64,000 nt of DNA from Thermoplasmata archaeon (GTDB taxonomy: Archaea > Thermoplasmatota > Thermoplasmata > Lutacidiplasmatales > UBA184): assembly GCA_022750435.1 (NCBI GenBank), contig JAKIVS010000001.1, positions 221,703 through 285,702 of the forward strand. Reading direction: 5' to 3'. The notes under the pieces were generated by a model. That model was not told the DNA's origin and made no database searches. It saw only the letters and a program-made list of their open reading frames with translations. The stretch's first letter is position 1, and each line of letters begins with the position of its first letter. The translations under genes were made by a program, and so were the position numbers. This document shows, piece after piece, positions 56,358 through 64,000 of the stretch.

Positions 56358-59264
56358 ATGTCGAATACGTCGAACGGCCCTGCCACCTTTGCGCTGATCG
56401 CGTTGGCGACCTTCGTCCTGCTCGTCGCGCTCGTGCCCACGATCGTCGCCTCGCCGACGGTCGCCGCCTCGAACGACCCGCGGTCGGCCGTCGGGCCGAC
56501 CCCCGGCACGGTGACCACACCGTGTACCTTCTCGACGTTCCGGACCGACGTACTGGCCGGCGGGACCGTCCAGTTCGGGGCGTCCTGCTCGATGACGATG
56601 ACGTCGCCGATCACCATTCCGTCCACCCTCACGGTGAACATCACCGTCGTGAGCGGAGCGACCGTCACGCTGAGCGGTGGGTTCGCGAACCAGCTGTTCC
56701 TCGTACACGGCGGCAACCTCACGATTATCGGGATCGGACTCGACGATGCCCGGGCCAACGGTGTTGCCGGGGGGACGGGGAGCCTCGGAACGCCGGGGCG
56801 CCTCGGCGTGAACGGGGTTCCGGGCACGGCCGGGACCCCCGGCACCGGCCAGTCCGGCCGCTCCGGCGGTCCCGGGCATGGAGGCGGCGTCGGCGGGCCA
56901 GGGGCCGTGGGCTCGCTTGCCGGCCGCGCGCTCGGTGGAGCGATCGAGATTGTCTCCGGCGTGGTCGTCCTCTCCTTCGACACGTTCTACTCGGACGAGG
57001 CGACCGGCGGCGCCGGCGGCACCGGTGGCGCCGGCGGATCGGGTGGTTACGGCGGAAACGGTGGCGCCGGCGGTGCCGGGGCGAGCCCCACCAACCCCTC
57101 CTCCGCTCTCGGAGGGCGGGGAGGGGCCGGCGGCTTCGCCGCCACGGGTGGAGCCGGTGGCGCCGGGGCGATCGGCCTCCCCGGGGGCTTCGCCGAGGGC
57201 GGTGCGATCAGCAACGCCGGGACGCTGACTCTCGCGAACGACACGTTCGGATCGGACGAGGCCGCCGGCGGCGCGGGCGGGAGCGGCGGGGCCGGAGCCT
57301 CCGGCGGGGTCGGCGGCAACGGCGGATCGGCCGGCGCGGGCGCGACGGGAGGAACCCCTGCGACGACCGCGACCGGGGGAGCCGGAGGCGGTACGGCGGC
57401 GAACACTGCCGGAAACTTCGGCGGCCTCGGAGGAAACGGGGGGAACGGTGGGCAGGGAGGGTACGGCGCCGGAGGTGCCGTCTACAACTTTGGTACCCTC
57501 GTCGCGACAAATACGACCTTCTCGAGTTGCTACGCGGTCGGCGGCGCCGGGGGCGCTGGCGGAACGGGCGGGAACGGAGGGAACGGCGGCGCCGGCGCTG
57601 GCGGGAGCTCCGGAGGACCGGGCGGCGCGGGCGGAACGCCGAGCAGCGCGGGAGGCAACGGTGGCTCGGGCGGCGCCGGCGGGACGGTCGGCTCCGGGAG
57701 CATCGGTGGTTCCCCGGGCCTCGGCGGCCCCGGCGGGATCGGGGGCCCCGGGGGGTTCGCCGAGGGCGCTGCGATCTACAGTAGCGGCTCGTTCCATGCC
57801 TTCCAGGACGTGTTTCAGTACGGCCATGCGGGTGGTGCCACCGGTGGCCTCGGCGGAAACGGTGGGATGGCCGGCACAGGCGGCAGCGGCGGTCCCGGTG
57901 CGACGGGCGGTGCCGGGGGCGCCGGCGGCCAAGGCGCGCCGGGGACCGGGGCTGGGACCGGTGGCAATGGCGGACCCGGTGTCGCCGGCGCCTCCCCCGG
58001 CGGTGGTGGAGGACCCGGATTTGCCGGGCTTTCCGGCGCCGGCGGTTCGGGCGGACTGGGCGGCGTTGCGTCCGGCGGATGCCTCTTCGACGCCTCCAGC
58101 CTCTTCGTCGTCAACAACTCGACCCTCGCCAGCTGCGACGCCGTCGCCGGTCCCGGGGGGAGCGGCGGGTACGGAGGCGCCGGCGCCGCGGCGGCGACCG
58201 GCGGAGCCGGGGCGGCGGGCGCGTACGGCGGCGATGGGGGATCGGGCGGCTCGAACGGCCCGGCGGTGAACGGAGGGGCCGGCGGCGGGGGCGCCGCGGG
58301 ATCCCCGGGTCAGCCCGGCGGTTTCGGCGGGAGTGGCGGTGCGGGCGGGCCAGGCGGCCTCGGCGGAGCGGCCCACGGGGGAGCGGTCTACGCGCCGATG
58401 GCAGCCCAATTCGATAACGATTCGTTCGGCTCGAACGCCGCGTCCGGCGGGGCCGGGGGCCCGGGAGGATCAGGAGGCGCGGGCTCCCAGGGCGGAACCG
58501 GAGGCACCGGTGGCGCCGGCGGGGTCGGCGGGTACGGCGGGTCCGGCGCCTCCGGAGGAACCGGCGCGCACGGCGCCAAGGGTGGCGATGCGGCGGCGGG
58601 CGGAGCCGGGGGACAAGGCGGCTCGGGCGGCCCGGGGGGCCTTGGGGGCGACGGTGGGGCGGCGGACGGCGGGGCGATCGACTCCCGGGCGGCGCTCGTC
58701 CTCGAATATGATACGTTCACCTACAATGCGGCCGTCGCCGGCGCTGGGGCCGCGGGCGGCGCCGGCGGAACGGGAGGCGGCGGTGGCACAGGGCAGTTCG
58801 CCGGCAACGGCGGCCCGGGCGGGTCCGGCGGAGCCGGTTCCACCGTCGGGGCCGGCGCGGCCGGAGGCGCCGGCGGGAACGGAGGCCGAGGCGGCTCCGG
58901 CGTCGCCGGCGGCGCGTCGGGAGCCGGCGGGAGCGGTGGCGATGCCATCGGCGGGGCGGTCTTCAATCTGACCCCCGCGACGATCGTCGGCGTCCTGAAC
59001 TTCGGGGCCAACAGCGCGGTCGGCGGATTCGGCGGCGTGGACAACTGCCTCGCTGGCTCGGCGTGTCCCGGAGCGGGTGGGAGCGCGGGGCTCGGCGGGC
59101 CGGCGGGAACGGGCGGCCTTGGCGGGACGAACGGCGCCGGGCTCCATCGGGCCGCAAACGGAGCGAACGGAGTCGTGGGCGCCGCCGGCACGGCGGGGGC
59201 CTTCGGAGCGAACGGAGCGAGCGGCACGTCGGGAACCGGGATCGTGCCGGACATGGGGGCCTGA
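56358..59264 (+). CDS. Secreted/anchored glycine-rich beta-helix-like repeat surface protein (paralog 1, 968 aa)
   Basis: N-terminal signal/anchor, conserved ~130-aa head domain, then >15 modules GGAI(Y)N.GTL.L..(D/N)TF.SD.A.GG separated by (GGxGGxGG)n tracts (Pmp GGAI/FxxN-like). NxS/T sequon in most modules. Confidence 0.7.
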   Translation: MSNTSNGPATFALIALATFVLLVALVPTIVASPTVAASNDPRSAVGPTPGTVTTPCTFSTFRTDVLAGGTVQFGASCSMTMTSPITIPSTLTVNITVVSGATVTLSGGFANQLFLVHGGNLTIIGIGLDDARANGVAGGTGSLGTPGRLGVNGVPGTAGTPGTGQSGRSGGPGHGGGVGGPGAVGSLAGRALGGAIEIVSGVVVLSFDTFYSDEATGGAGGTGGAGGSGGYGGNGGAGGAGASPTNPSSALGGRGGAGGFAATGGAGGAGAIGLPGGFAEGGAISNAGTLTLANDTFGSDEAAGGAGGSGGAGASGGVGGNGGSAGAGATGGTPATTATGGAGGGTAANTAGNFGGLGGNGGNGGQGGYGAGGAVYNFGTLVATNTTFSSCYAVGGAGGAGGTGGNGGNGGAGAGGSSGGPGGAGGTPSSAGGNGGSGGAGGTVGSGSIGGSPGLGGPGGIGGPGGFAEGAAIYSSGSFHAFQDVFQYGHAGGATGGLGGNGGMAGTGGSGGPGATGGAGGAGGQGAPGTGAGTGGNGGPGVAGASPGGGGGPGFAGLSGAGGSGGLGGVASGGCLFDASSLFVVNNSTLASCDAVAGPGGSGGYGGAGAAAATGGAGAAGAYGGDGGSGGSNGPAVNGGAGGGGAAGSPGQPGGFGGSGGAGGPGGLGGAAHGGAVYAPMAAQFDNDSFGSNAASGGAGGPGGSGGAGSQGGTGGTGGAGGVGGYGGSGASGGTGAHGAKGGDAAAGGAGGQGGSGGPGGLGGDGGAADGGAIDSRAALVLEYDTFTYNAAVAGAGAAGGAGGTGGGGGTGQFAGNGGPGGSGGAGSTVGAGAAGGAGGNGGRGGSGVAGGASGAGGSGGDAIGGAVFNLTPATIVGVLNFGANSAVGGFGGVDNCLAGSACPGAGGSAGLGGPAGTGGLGGTNGAGLHRAANGANGVVGAAGTAGAFGANGASGTSGTGIVPDMGA

Positions 59265-59539
59265 GGTTCCCTTTCGTCCCTCTCGAGGGAACTGCCTCTC
59301 CACGGGCCGGGGATCGACGGCCGGGACCTCTTCCACGATTCCCCGGGGCCCCGGCCCGCTCGAACGCTCAGGAAGGAGGCGGGGCCCCGAGTCGCGGCCT
59401 TCGAGAACAGGAGGGCTCCCGGCCTTCCGGGGCCGCGGAACCAGCCTGTCCCGCCGGGACCCGGAATGTCACGACGCGCCACGTCCACGGCTAGGGCCGT
59501 GGCCCCGGTGGCCGAAAGTTGCGACAATCCTAATTCCGA

Positions 59540-59582
59540 CTATATACCGGGACTCGGTTCCCCGCCTTCCCGGGGATCAAGT
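59540..59582 (+). promoter_or_regulatory. Promoter of gly-rich paralog 2: TATATA plus ATACCGGGACTCGG plus palindrome
   Basis: See paralog 1. ~26 bp from motif end to ATG. Confidence 0.55.
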
Positions 59583-62507
59583 ATGTCGGAACCGTCGAAA
59601 ACCACCGCCCGTCTCGCGCTGATCGGATTTGTCGCCGTTTTCCTCCTCGTCGGCGTTGTTCCGACGATTGCCGGGGCCAGCCCCCTCGCCCCGACGGCGT
59701 CGGTCCATTCCCTGCCCGGCCACACCCCGGGCACCGTGATCTCTCCCTGCGTCTTCACGACGTTCAAGTCGGACGTGCTCGCCGGCGGTACCGTCGAATT
59801 CAACGCGGCCTGCAGCCTCACCATGACCTCGGCCATCACGATCCCTTCGACCCTGACCGTCAACATCACCGCCGTCGGCGCGAGCGTGACGCTGAGCGGC
59901 GCCTACGCGAACCAGTTGTTCATCGTCAGCGGCGGCCACCTCAACATCACGAACCTCTCCCTCGACAGCGCGCGGATCACCGCGAAGGCCGGCCTGCCCG
60001 GAACGGTCGGCACTCCCGGGTCCATCGGGTCGGCCGGCGTCGCGGGCACGGGCGGCACGAGCGGCACGGGCCAGGCCGGCGGCGCGGGCGGCCCCGGGAC
60101 GAACGGCGGCGTTGGCGGAGTCGGCGGAGCCGGGACCGCCGCGTCGACCGCGGAGGGCGGCGCCATCATGATCATGAGTGGTTCGGTCGTGTACCTCGGC
60201 GCGGACTCGTTCTCCTCGGACTCGGCGTACGGCGGCGCTGGCGGCAACGGTGGAAGCGGCGGTGCGGGCGGCTACGCGGGCGGCGGGGGCAACGGCGGCT
60301 CGGGCGCGAGCCCGACCAACCCGTCCTCGGCGGCGGGCGGCGCCGGCGGCACGGGCGGCGCCGGCGGGAACGGCGGCCGTGGCGGCACGGGCGGGAACGG
60401 GGGCACGGGTGGCGACGCCTACGGCGGTGCGATCTACAACGCCGGCACGCTCTTCCTCACGGGCGACACCTTCTCCTCGGACACGGCGAACGCTGGCGTC
60501 GGCGGCAACAGCGGCACCGGCGGGGCCGGCGGCGCCGGTGGCTCGGGCGGGTACGGCGGAAGTGGGGCCGCGGGAGGCACCCCCTCGACGAGCGCCCACG
60601 GCGGGTCCGGCGGCGCCGCGGGCACGAGCGGCGTCGGCGGTCTCGGCGGACGCGGTGGAAACGGCGGTTCCCCGGGCATCTCCGGACTGGCGGCGGGCGG
60701 AGTCCTCTACAACACAGGCTACCTTTCGATCAACGCCTCCACGATCGAGTATTCCTACGCCTACGGCGGAGCGGGCGTCGGCGCGGCGAACGGCGGCGCC
60801 GGCGGCGCGGGCGGTGCCGGCGTGACCACGAACTCGGGCGGTGCCGGCGGCTCGGGCGGAACCCCCTACAGCGCCGGCGGGAACGGCGGAGCGGGCGGCG
60901 CCGCGGGTGCGGCCTCGGCCGGATCCTCCGGTGGCGCCGGCGGTCCGGGCGGCCGCGCCGGGAACGGGAGCGCCGGCGGCGCGGCTCGGGGTGGCGGGAT
61001 CTCGAGTTCCGGTTCGCTCCTCCTCATTCTCGACGACCTCCAGGACGACCACGCGGTCGCCGGCACTGGTGGGGGCGGCGGAACGGGCGGGATGGGCGGT
61101 TCGGCCTCGTCCGGCGGCGCCGGAGGGACCGGCGGCGCCGGCGGTTCGGGCGGGAGCGGATACCAATCCGGTACGGCGGGAACCGGCGGCTCCGGTGGCG
61201 CCGGGGCGAAGGGAGCGAACGGCGGCCTTCCCGGCATTGGCGGTGCGGCGGGCGCCTCGGGGCTCGGGGGCCACGGTGGAAGCGGCGGCGGAGCCCTGGG
61301 CGGCTGCCTCTACACGACCGGAACCGCCGGCTTCCTCTTCGAGAATGGGACGATGTTTGACGCCTGCGTCGCGACCGGCGGTGCCGGTGGGACCGGCGGC
61401 ACGGGTGGCACGGGCGCCTACGGTGCGTCCGGAGGTGCGGGTGGCTCGGGTGGCCGAGGCGGGTACGGCGGCAACGGCGGGTCGAACTCTCCCGCCGAGA
61501 ACGGCGCCCTCGGCGGTGTCGGCGGAGCCGGGACCTCGGCGGAAGCCCCGACCATCGGGAGCACCGGCGGAGCCGGCGGCGCCGGCGGCAGTGGCGGCGT
61601 CGCGGACGGCGGGGCGATGTACACGACCGCCCCGGCCTCGCTCAGCACGGACCTGTTCGAGTACAACCTCGCGAACGGCGGGGTGGGCGGCGTCGGCGGT
61701 ACCGGTGGGTATACTCCGGCGGGCGCCAGCGGCGGCTACGGTGGCTCCGGCGGCGGCGGCGGCGGGGGCGGATCCGGCGTCTCCGGAGGTCACGGGGGCG
61801 GCGGCGTCGCCGGCGGCGCCGGCGAAACCGGGGGCAACGGCTCGGACGGGGCCAACGGCGGTGCGGGCGGCGCCGGTGGCACGGGGGGCTCCGGGTTCGG
61901 CGGCGGGCTCTACGTCTACGGCACGACCGCCGTCGGCCTCAGCTCCGCCCGATTCCTGTACAACTCGGCGGTCGGCGGCTTTGGGGCCGCCGGCGGCGCG
62001 GGCGGCGGGGCGGGTGCCGGCGGCACTGCCGAGTACGGCGCGAACGGCGGCACCGGCGGCACCGGTGGCGGCGGCACGGCGGTCGGCTCCGGGGGCGCCG
62101 GCGGAGCGGGCGGCGACGGCGGAGGCGGCGGAAACGGCGGCACGGGCGGTGCTTCGGGCACGGCCGGCAACGGCGGCGCCGGGAACGGCGGGGCGATCTA
62201 CAACATGACGACGGCGACGGTCACCATTAGCGGGATCACCTACGCCGCCAACAGCGTCGTCGGCGGCTACGGTGGCGTCGACAACTGCGGCGGGGCGACG
62301 ACGGCGTGCCCGGGAACCGCGGGGGGCGCCGGGACGGCGGGCGCGGCGGGCAGCGGCGGCTTGGGCGGACTCAACGGCGCGGGCCTCCTCCGAGGCGGGA
62401 CGGGCGCGACCGGAGTGGCCGGATTCGTCGGTTTCGTCGGACTCATCGGCGCGAACGGCCTCAGCGGAAACTCGGGGACGGCCACCAACCAGAACCAGGG
62501 CTACTGA
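59583..62507 (+). CDS. Secreted/anchored glycine-rich beta-helix-like repeat surface protein (paralog 2, 974 aa)
   Basis: Same architecture and head domain as paralog 1 (…GTVISPCVFTTFKSDVLAGGTVEFNAACSLTMTSAITIPSTLTVNIT…). Shared promoter motif upstream. Confidence 0.7.
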   Translation: MSEPSKTTARLALIGFVAVFLLVGVVPTIAGASPLAPTASVHSLPGHTPGTVISPCVFTTFKSDVLAGGTVEFNAACSLTMTSAITIPSTLTVNITAVGASVTLSGAYANQLFIVSGGHLNITNLSLDSARITAKAGLPGTVGTPGSIGSAGVAGTGGTSGTGQAGGAGGPGTNGGVGGVGGAGTAASTAEGGAIMIMSGSVVYLGADSFSSDSAYGGAGGNGGSGGAGGYAGGGGNGGSGASPTNPSSAAGGAGGTGGAGGNGGRGGTGGNGGTGGDAYGGAIYNAGTLFLTGDTFSSDTANAGVGGNSGTGGAGGAGGSGGYGGSGAAGGTPSTSAHGGSGGAAGTSGVGGLGGRGGNGGSPGISGLAAGGVLYNTGYLSINASTIEYSYAYGGAGVGAANGGAGGAGGAGVTTNSGGAGGSGGTPYSAGGNGGAGGAAGAASAGSSGGAGGPGGRAGNGSAGGAARGGGISSSGSLLLILDDLQDDHAVAGTGGGGGTGGMGGSASSGGAGGTGGAGGSGGSGYQSGTAGTGGSGGAGAKGANGGLPGIGGAAGASGLGGHGGSGGGALGGCLYTTGTAGFLFENGTMFDACVATGGAGGTGGTGGTGAYGASGGAGGSGGRGGYGGNGGSNSPAENGALGGVGGAGTSAEAPTIGSTGGAGGAGGSGGVADGGAMYTTAPASLSTDLFEYNLANGGVGGVGGTGGYTPAGASGGYGGSGGGGGGGGSGVSGGHGGGGVAGGAGETGGNGSDGANGGAGGAGGTGGSGFGGGLYVYGTTAVGLSSARFLYNSAVGGFGAAGGAGGGAGAGGTAEYGANGGTGGTGGGGTAVGSGGAGGAGGDGGGGGNGGTGGASGTAGNGGAGNGGAIYNMTTATVTISGITYAANSVVGGYGGVDNCGGATTACPGTAGGAGTAGAAGSGGLGGLNGAGLLRGGTGATGVAGFVGFVGLIGANGLSGNSGTATNQNQGY

Positions 62508-63010
62508 GCCCACCGCGAGGGCGGGGCTCCTTCGGAGCCTCGTCCCCGCGGCAACCCCGCCGTTCCGGGTGGGACTCCGCCGGTGCGGCGACCGGGACCG
62601 ATTCGGCGGGTCGATGGGTGCCGACGCGCTCGGGGTTCGCCGCCCGGCGGCCGGGGGCGTGAGGATATCTCCGCGCCGGACTCCCGTCGGGCGAGGATTC
62701 GCAGGAATCATGACCGGGTCACTCCGAACACGGCGCTCGCCGGCTGCCAAGAAACGCAACGCCCGCACGCGCCAACGGCGGATCGCCGCCCGCCGCCGCC
62801 AGGTCCCCCTCGGGGGGAACCGGGGCGGTCATCAAACGAAGGCGTAACGCCTCGAGGACTCCGGGTCGTGGGGCTCCCCGGACGCGCAACTCCAGACCAC
62901 GACCGCCGAACGGTGGGGGCCTCTCGGCCCGCCGAACTCCGGACGGGGCCCGCTCCGAGCCGCGGCACGCACGACCCACCGATCGTCTAGCCGGCGGAAG
63001 TGGGGGTTCG

Positions 63011-63979
63011 ATGCGGATCTACGAACTCGACACGCTTCCCCGGTCGTTGTATCCCCAATTGGGCGCCTTTGCCCTGAGCGGCGGGGAGCCGCCCCAGGAC
63101 ATCCGGTTCGTTCGCGACGTCCGCAAGCTGCCGACGGCGGCGTCGGACTACTTCGCCGTCTACGCGGTCGAGGACGGCCAACTGCTTTCGCGCATCGAGA
63201 CGCTCGACCTCCCGTTCCGCGGCCATCACGGGACCCAGCGGGTCGTGGGCGTCTCCGACGTCGTCACCCGACCCGACGCCGTCGGACGAGGATTGGCCCG
63301 GACGCTCCTCCGCGAAGTCCACCGCCGCGCGGTGCCCCAGGGGCGGACCTGGTCGTTCCTCTGGACCCACCGGAGCTGGGGCGCCCACCGATTGTACGAA
63401 TCCCTGGGATACGAGGACGTCTATTCTCCGCCGAGCGCCCTTGGTCCGTTCCCGTCTCGTCGGCGAGGACGGAGGACCGTGGGCTACCGGGTGACCCGCG
63501 AAAGGTCCCGGACCGGAAAGCGGCTCGAGCGGATCCTGACGCGCTCCACCCTCGGACGGCTCGGCTTCCTTCCCCGGACCCCGGGCTCGTTCGAGGCCAA
63601 GTACCGGCTGGGCTGGCGCAAACCGAAAAACCATCTCCTCCTCTGGCAGGGGAGGACACCGGTCGGGTTCGCGCACATTCCCGAAGAGAGCCGGTGGTCC
63701 CTCGGCGTGAACGAAGTCGTCGTGGCGGGTCCCGAGCACAGCGAACCGATGCTGCGGGCGCTCGAGAAGGCGGCCGGTCGGCGGCGGGTGGCGATCCAGG
63801 GGACCAGCTACGTCCGCGACGCCGCGGAACTCCTTCGCGGGAATGGGTACGTCGTGCTCGAGTCCTCCCATCGTGTCCTGATGGCGAAACCGCTGGTTTC
63901 TCCGACGACGTACGGGGAGGACGTGCGGACCGCGTGCTCCGACCCCGCGCTCGCCATCCACCGCGGCGACATGTTCTGA
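63011..63979 (+). CDS. GNAT-family N-acetyltransferase (tandem-domain)
   Basis: VVGVSDVVTRPDAVGRGLARTLLREV is the acetyl-CoA motif A. Antisense ORF 62987..63961 rejected. Confidence 0.55.
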   Translation: MRIYELDTLPRSLYPQLGAFALSGGEPPQDIRFVRDVRKLPTAASDYFAVYAVEDGQLLSRIETLDLPFRGHHGTQRVVGVSDVVTRPDAVGRGLARTLLREVHRRAVPQGRTWSFLWTHRSWGAHRLYESLGYEDVYSPPSALGPFPSRRRGRRTVGYRVTRERSRTGKRLERILTRSTLGRLGFLPRTPGSFEAKYRLGWRKPKNHLLLWQGRTPVGFAHIPEESRWSLGVNEVVVAGPEHSEPMLRALEKAAGRRRVAIQGTSYVRDAAELLRGNGYVVLESSHRVLMAKPLVSPTTYGEDVRTACSDPALAIHRGDMF

Positions 63980-64000
63980 GGCGCCGCGGCCGAGCCCGCG

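Noticed and set aside
56800-62400. Possible CRISPR or other non-coding tandem repeat (GGCGGNGCCGG periodicity)
   Set aside because: The periodicity is codon-level (Gly-Gly-Ala) within long ORFs carrying an N-terminal signal and head domain. There are no spacer-repeat units of fixed length.
55602-62768. Antisense and extended ORFs over the gly-rich genes: 55668..58409(-), 59577..62768(-), and the 5' extensions of 55602..59264 and 59466..62507
   Set aside because: Minus frames are Arg/Ala/Gly junk produced by GGN/NCC periodicity. Only the 3' 390 nt of the first corresponds to a real VOC-family gene. The plus-strand starts were set at the conserved ATGTCG behind the shared promoter.
62987-63961. 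324-aa minus ORF
   Set aside because: Antisense of the GNAT gene. R/G/P-rich.

Overview
High-GC (roughly two-thirds G+C by eye), gene-dense archaeal chromosome segment with no mobile elements, rRNA or CRISPR. The host is an archaeon: ether-lipid genes (GGGPS, DGGGPS, CarS), aIF5A, tRNA-splicing endonuclease, archaeal DtdA, and the archaeal DKFP-type shikimate enzymes AroA'/AroB' with a GHMP-type shikimate kinase. GH15 genes and PQQ-repeat propellers give a Thermoplasmatota-like flavour.

Main blocks in order:
1. An alpha-glucan/trehalose cluster (two GH15, GH57, GT4).
2. An MFS transporter, then a 10-gene translationally coupled operon: PqqC/CADD-like protein, AroA', AroB', a fused AroD-AroE, AroK, AroA, AroC, Asd, aspartate kinase and TrpF.
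3. A minus-strand operon DGGGPS-GGGPS-DUF2070-M20-CarS-PyrE-EndA.
4. Two M16 peptidases, a ribbon-helix-helix (RHH) protein, DtdA, a YcaQ-family DNA glycosylase, a Dph6-like PP-loop ATPase and a secreted PLC-family phosphoesterase.
5. An intron-containing tRNA-Glu(CUC) that the ORF track misses.
6. MntR-ZnuABC with an AT-rich palindromic operator.
7. A 1488-aa alpha-helical repeat protein.
8. A 1338-aa catalytically degenerate IleRS paralog fused to DUF835.
9. A small detox/stress islet.
10. Two tandem ~970-aa glycine-rich beta-helix-like surface proteins with duplicated promoters.

Many long ORFs in the six-frame track are antisense or out-of-frame shadows caused by the high GC content.
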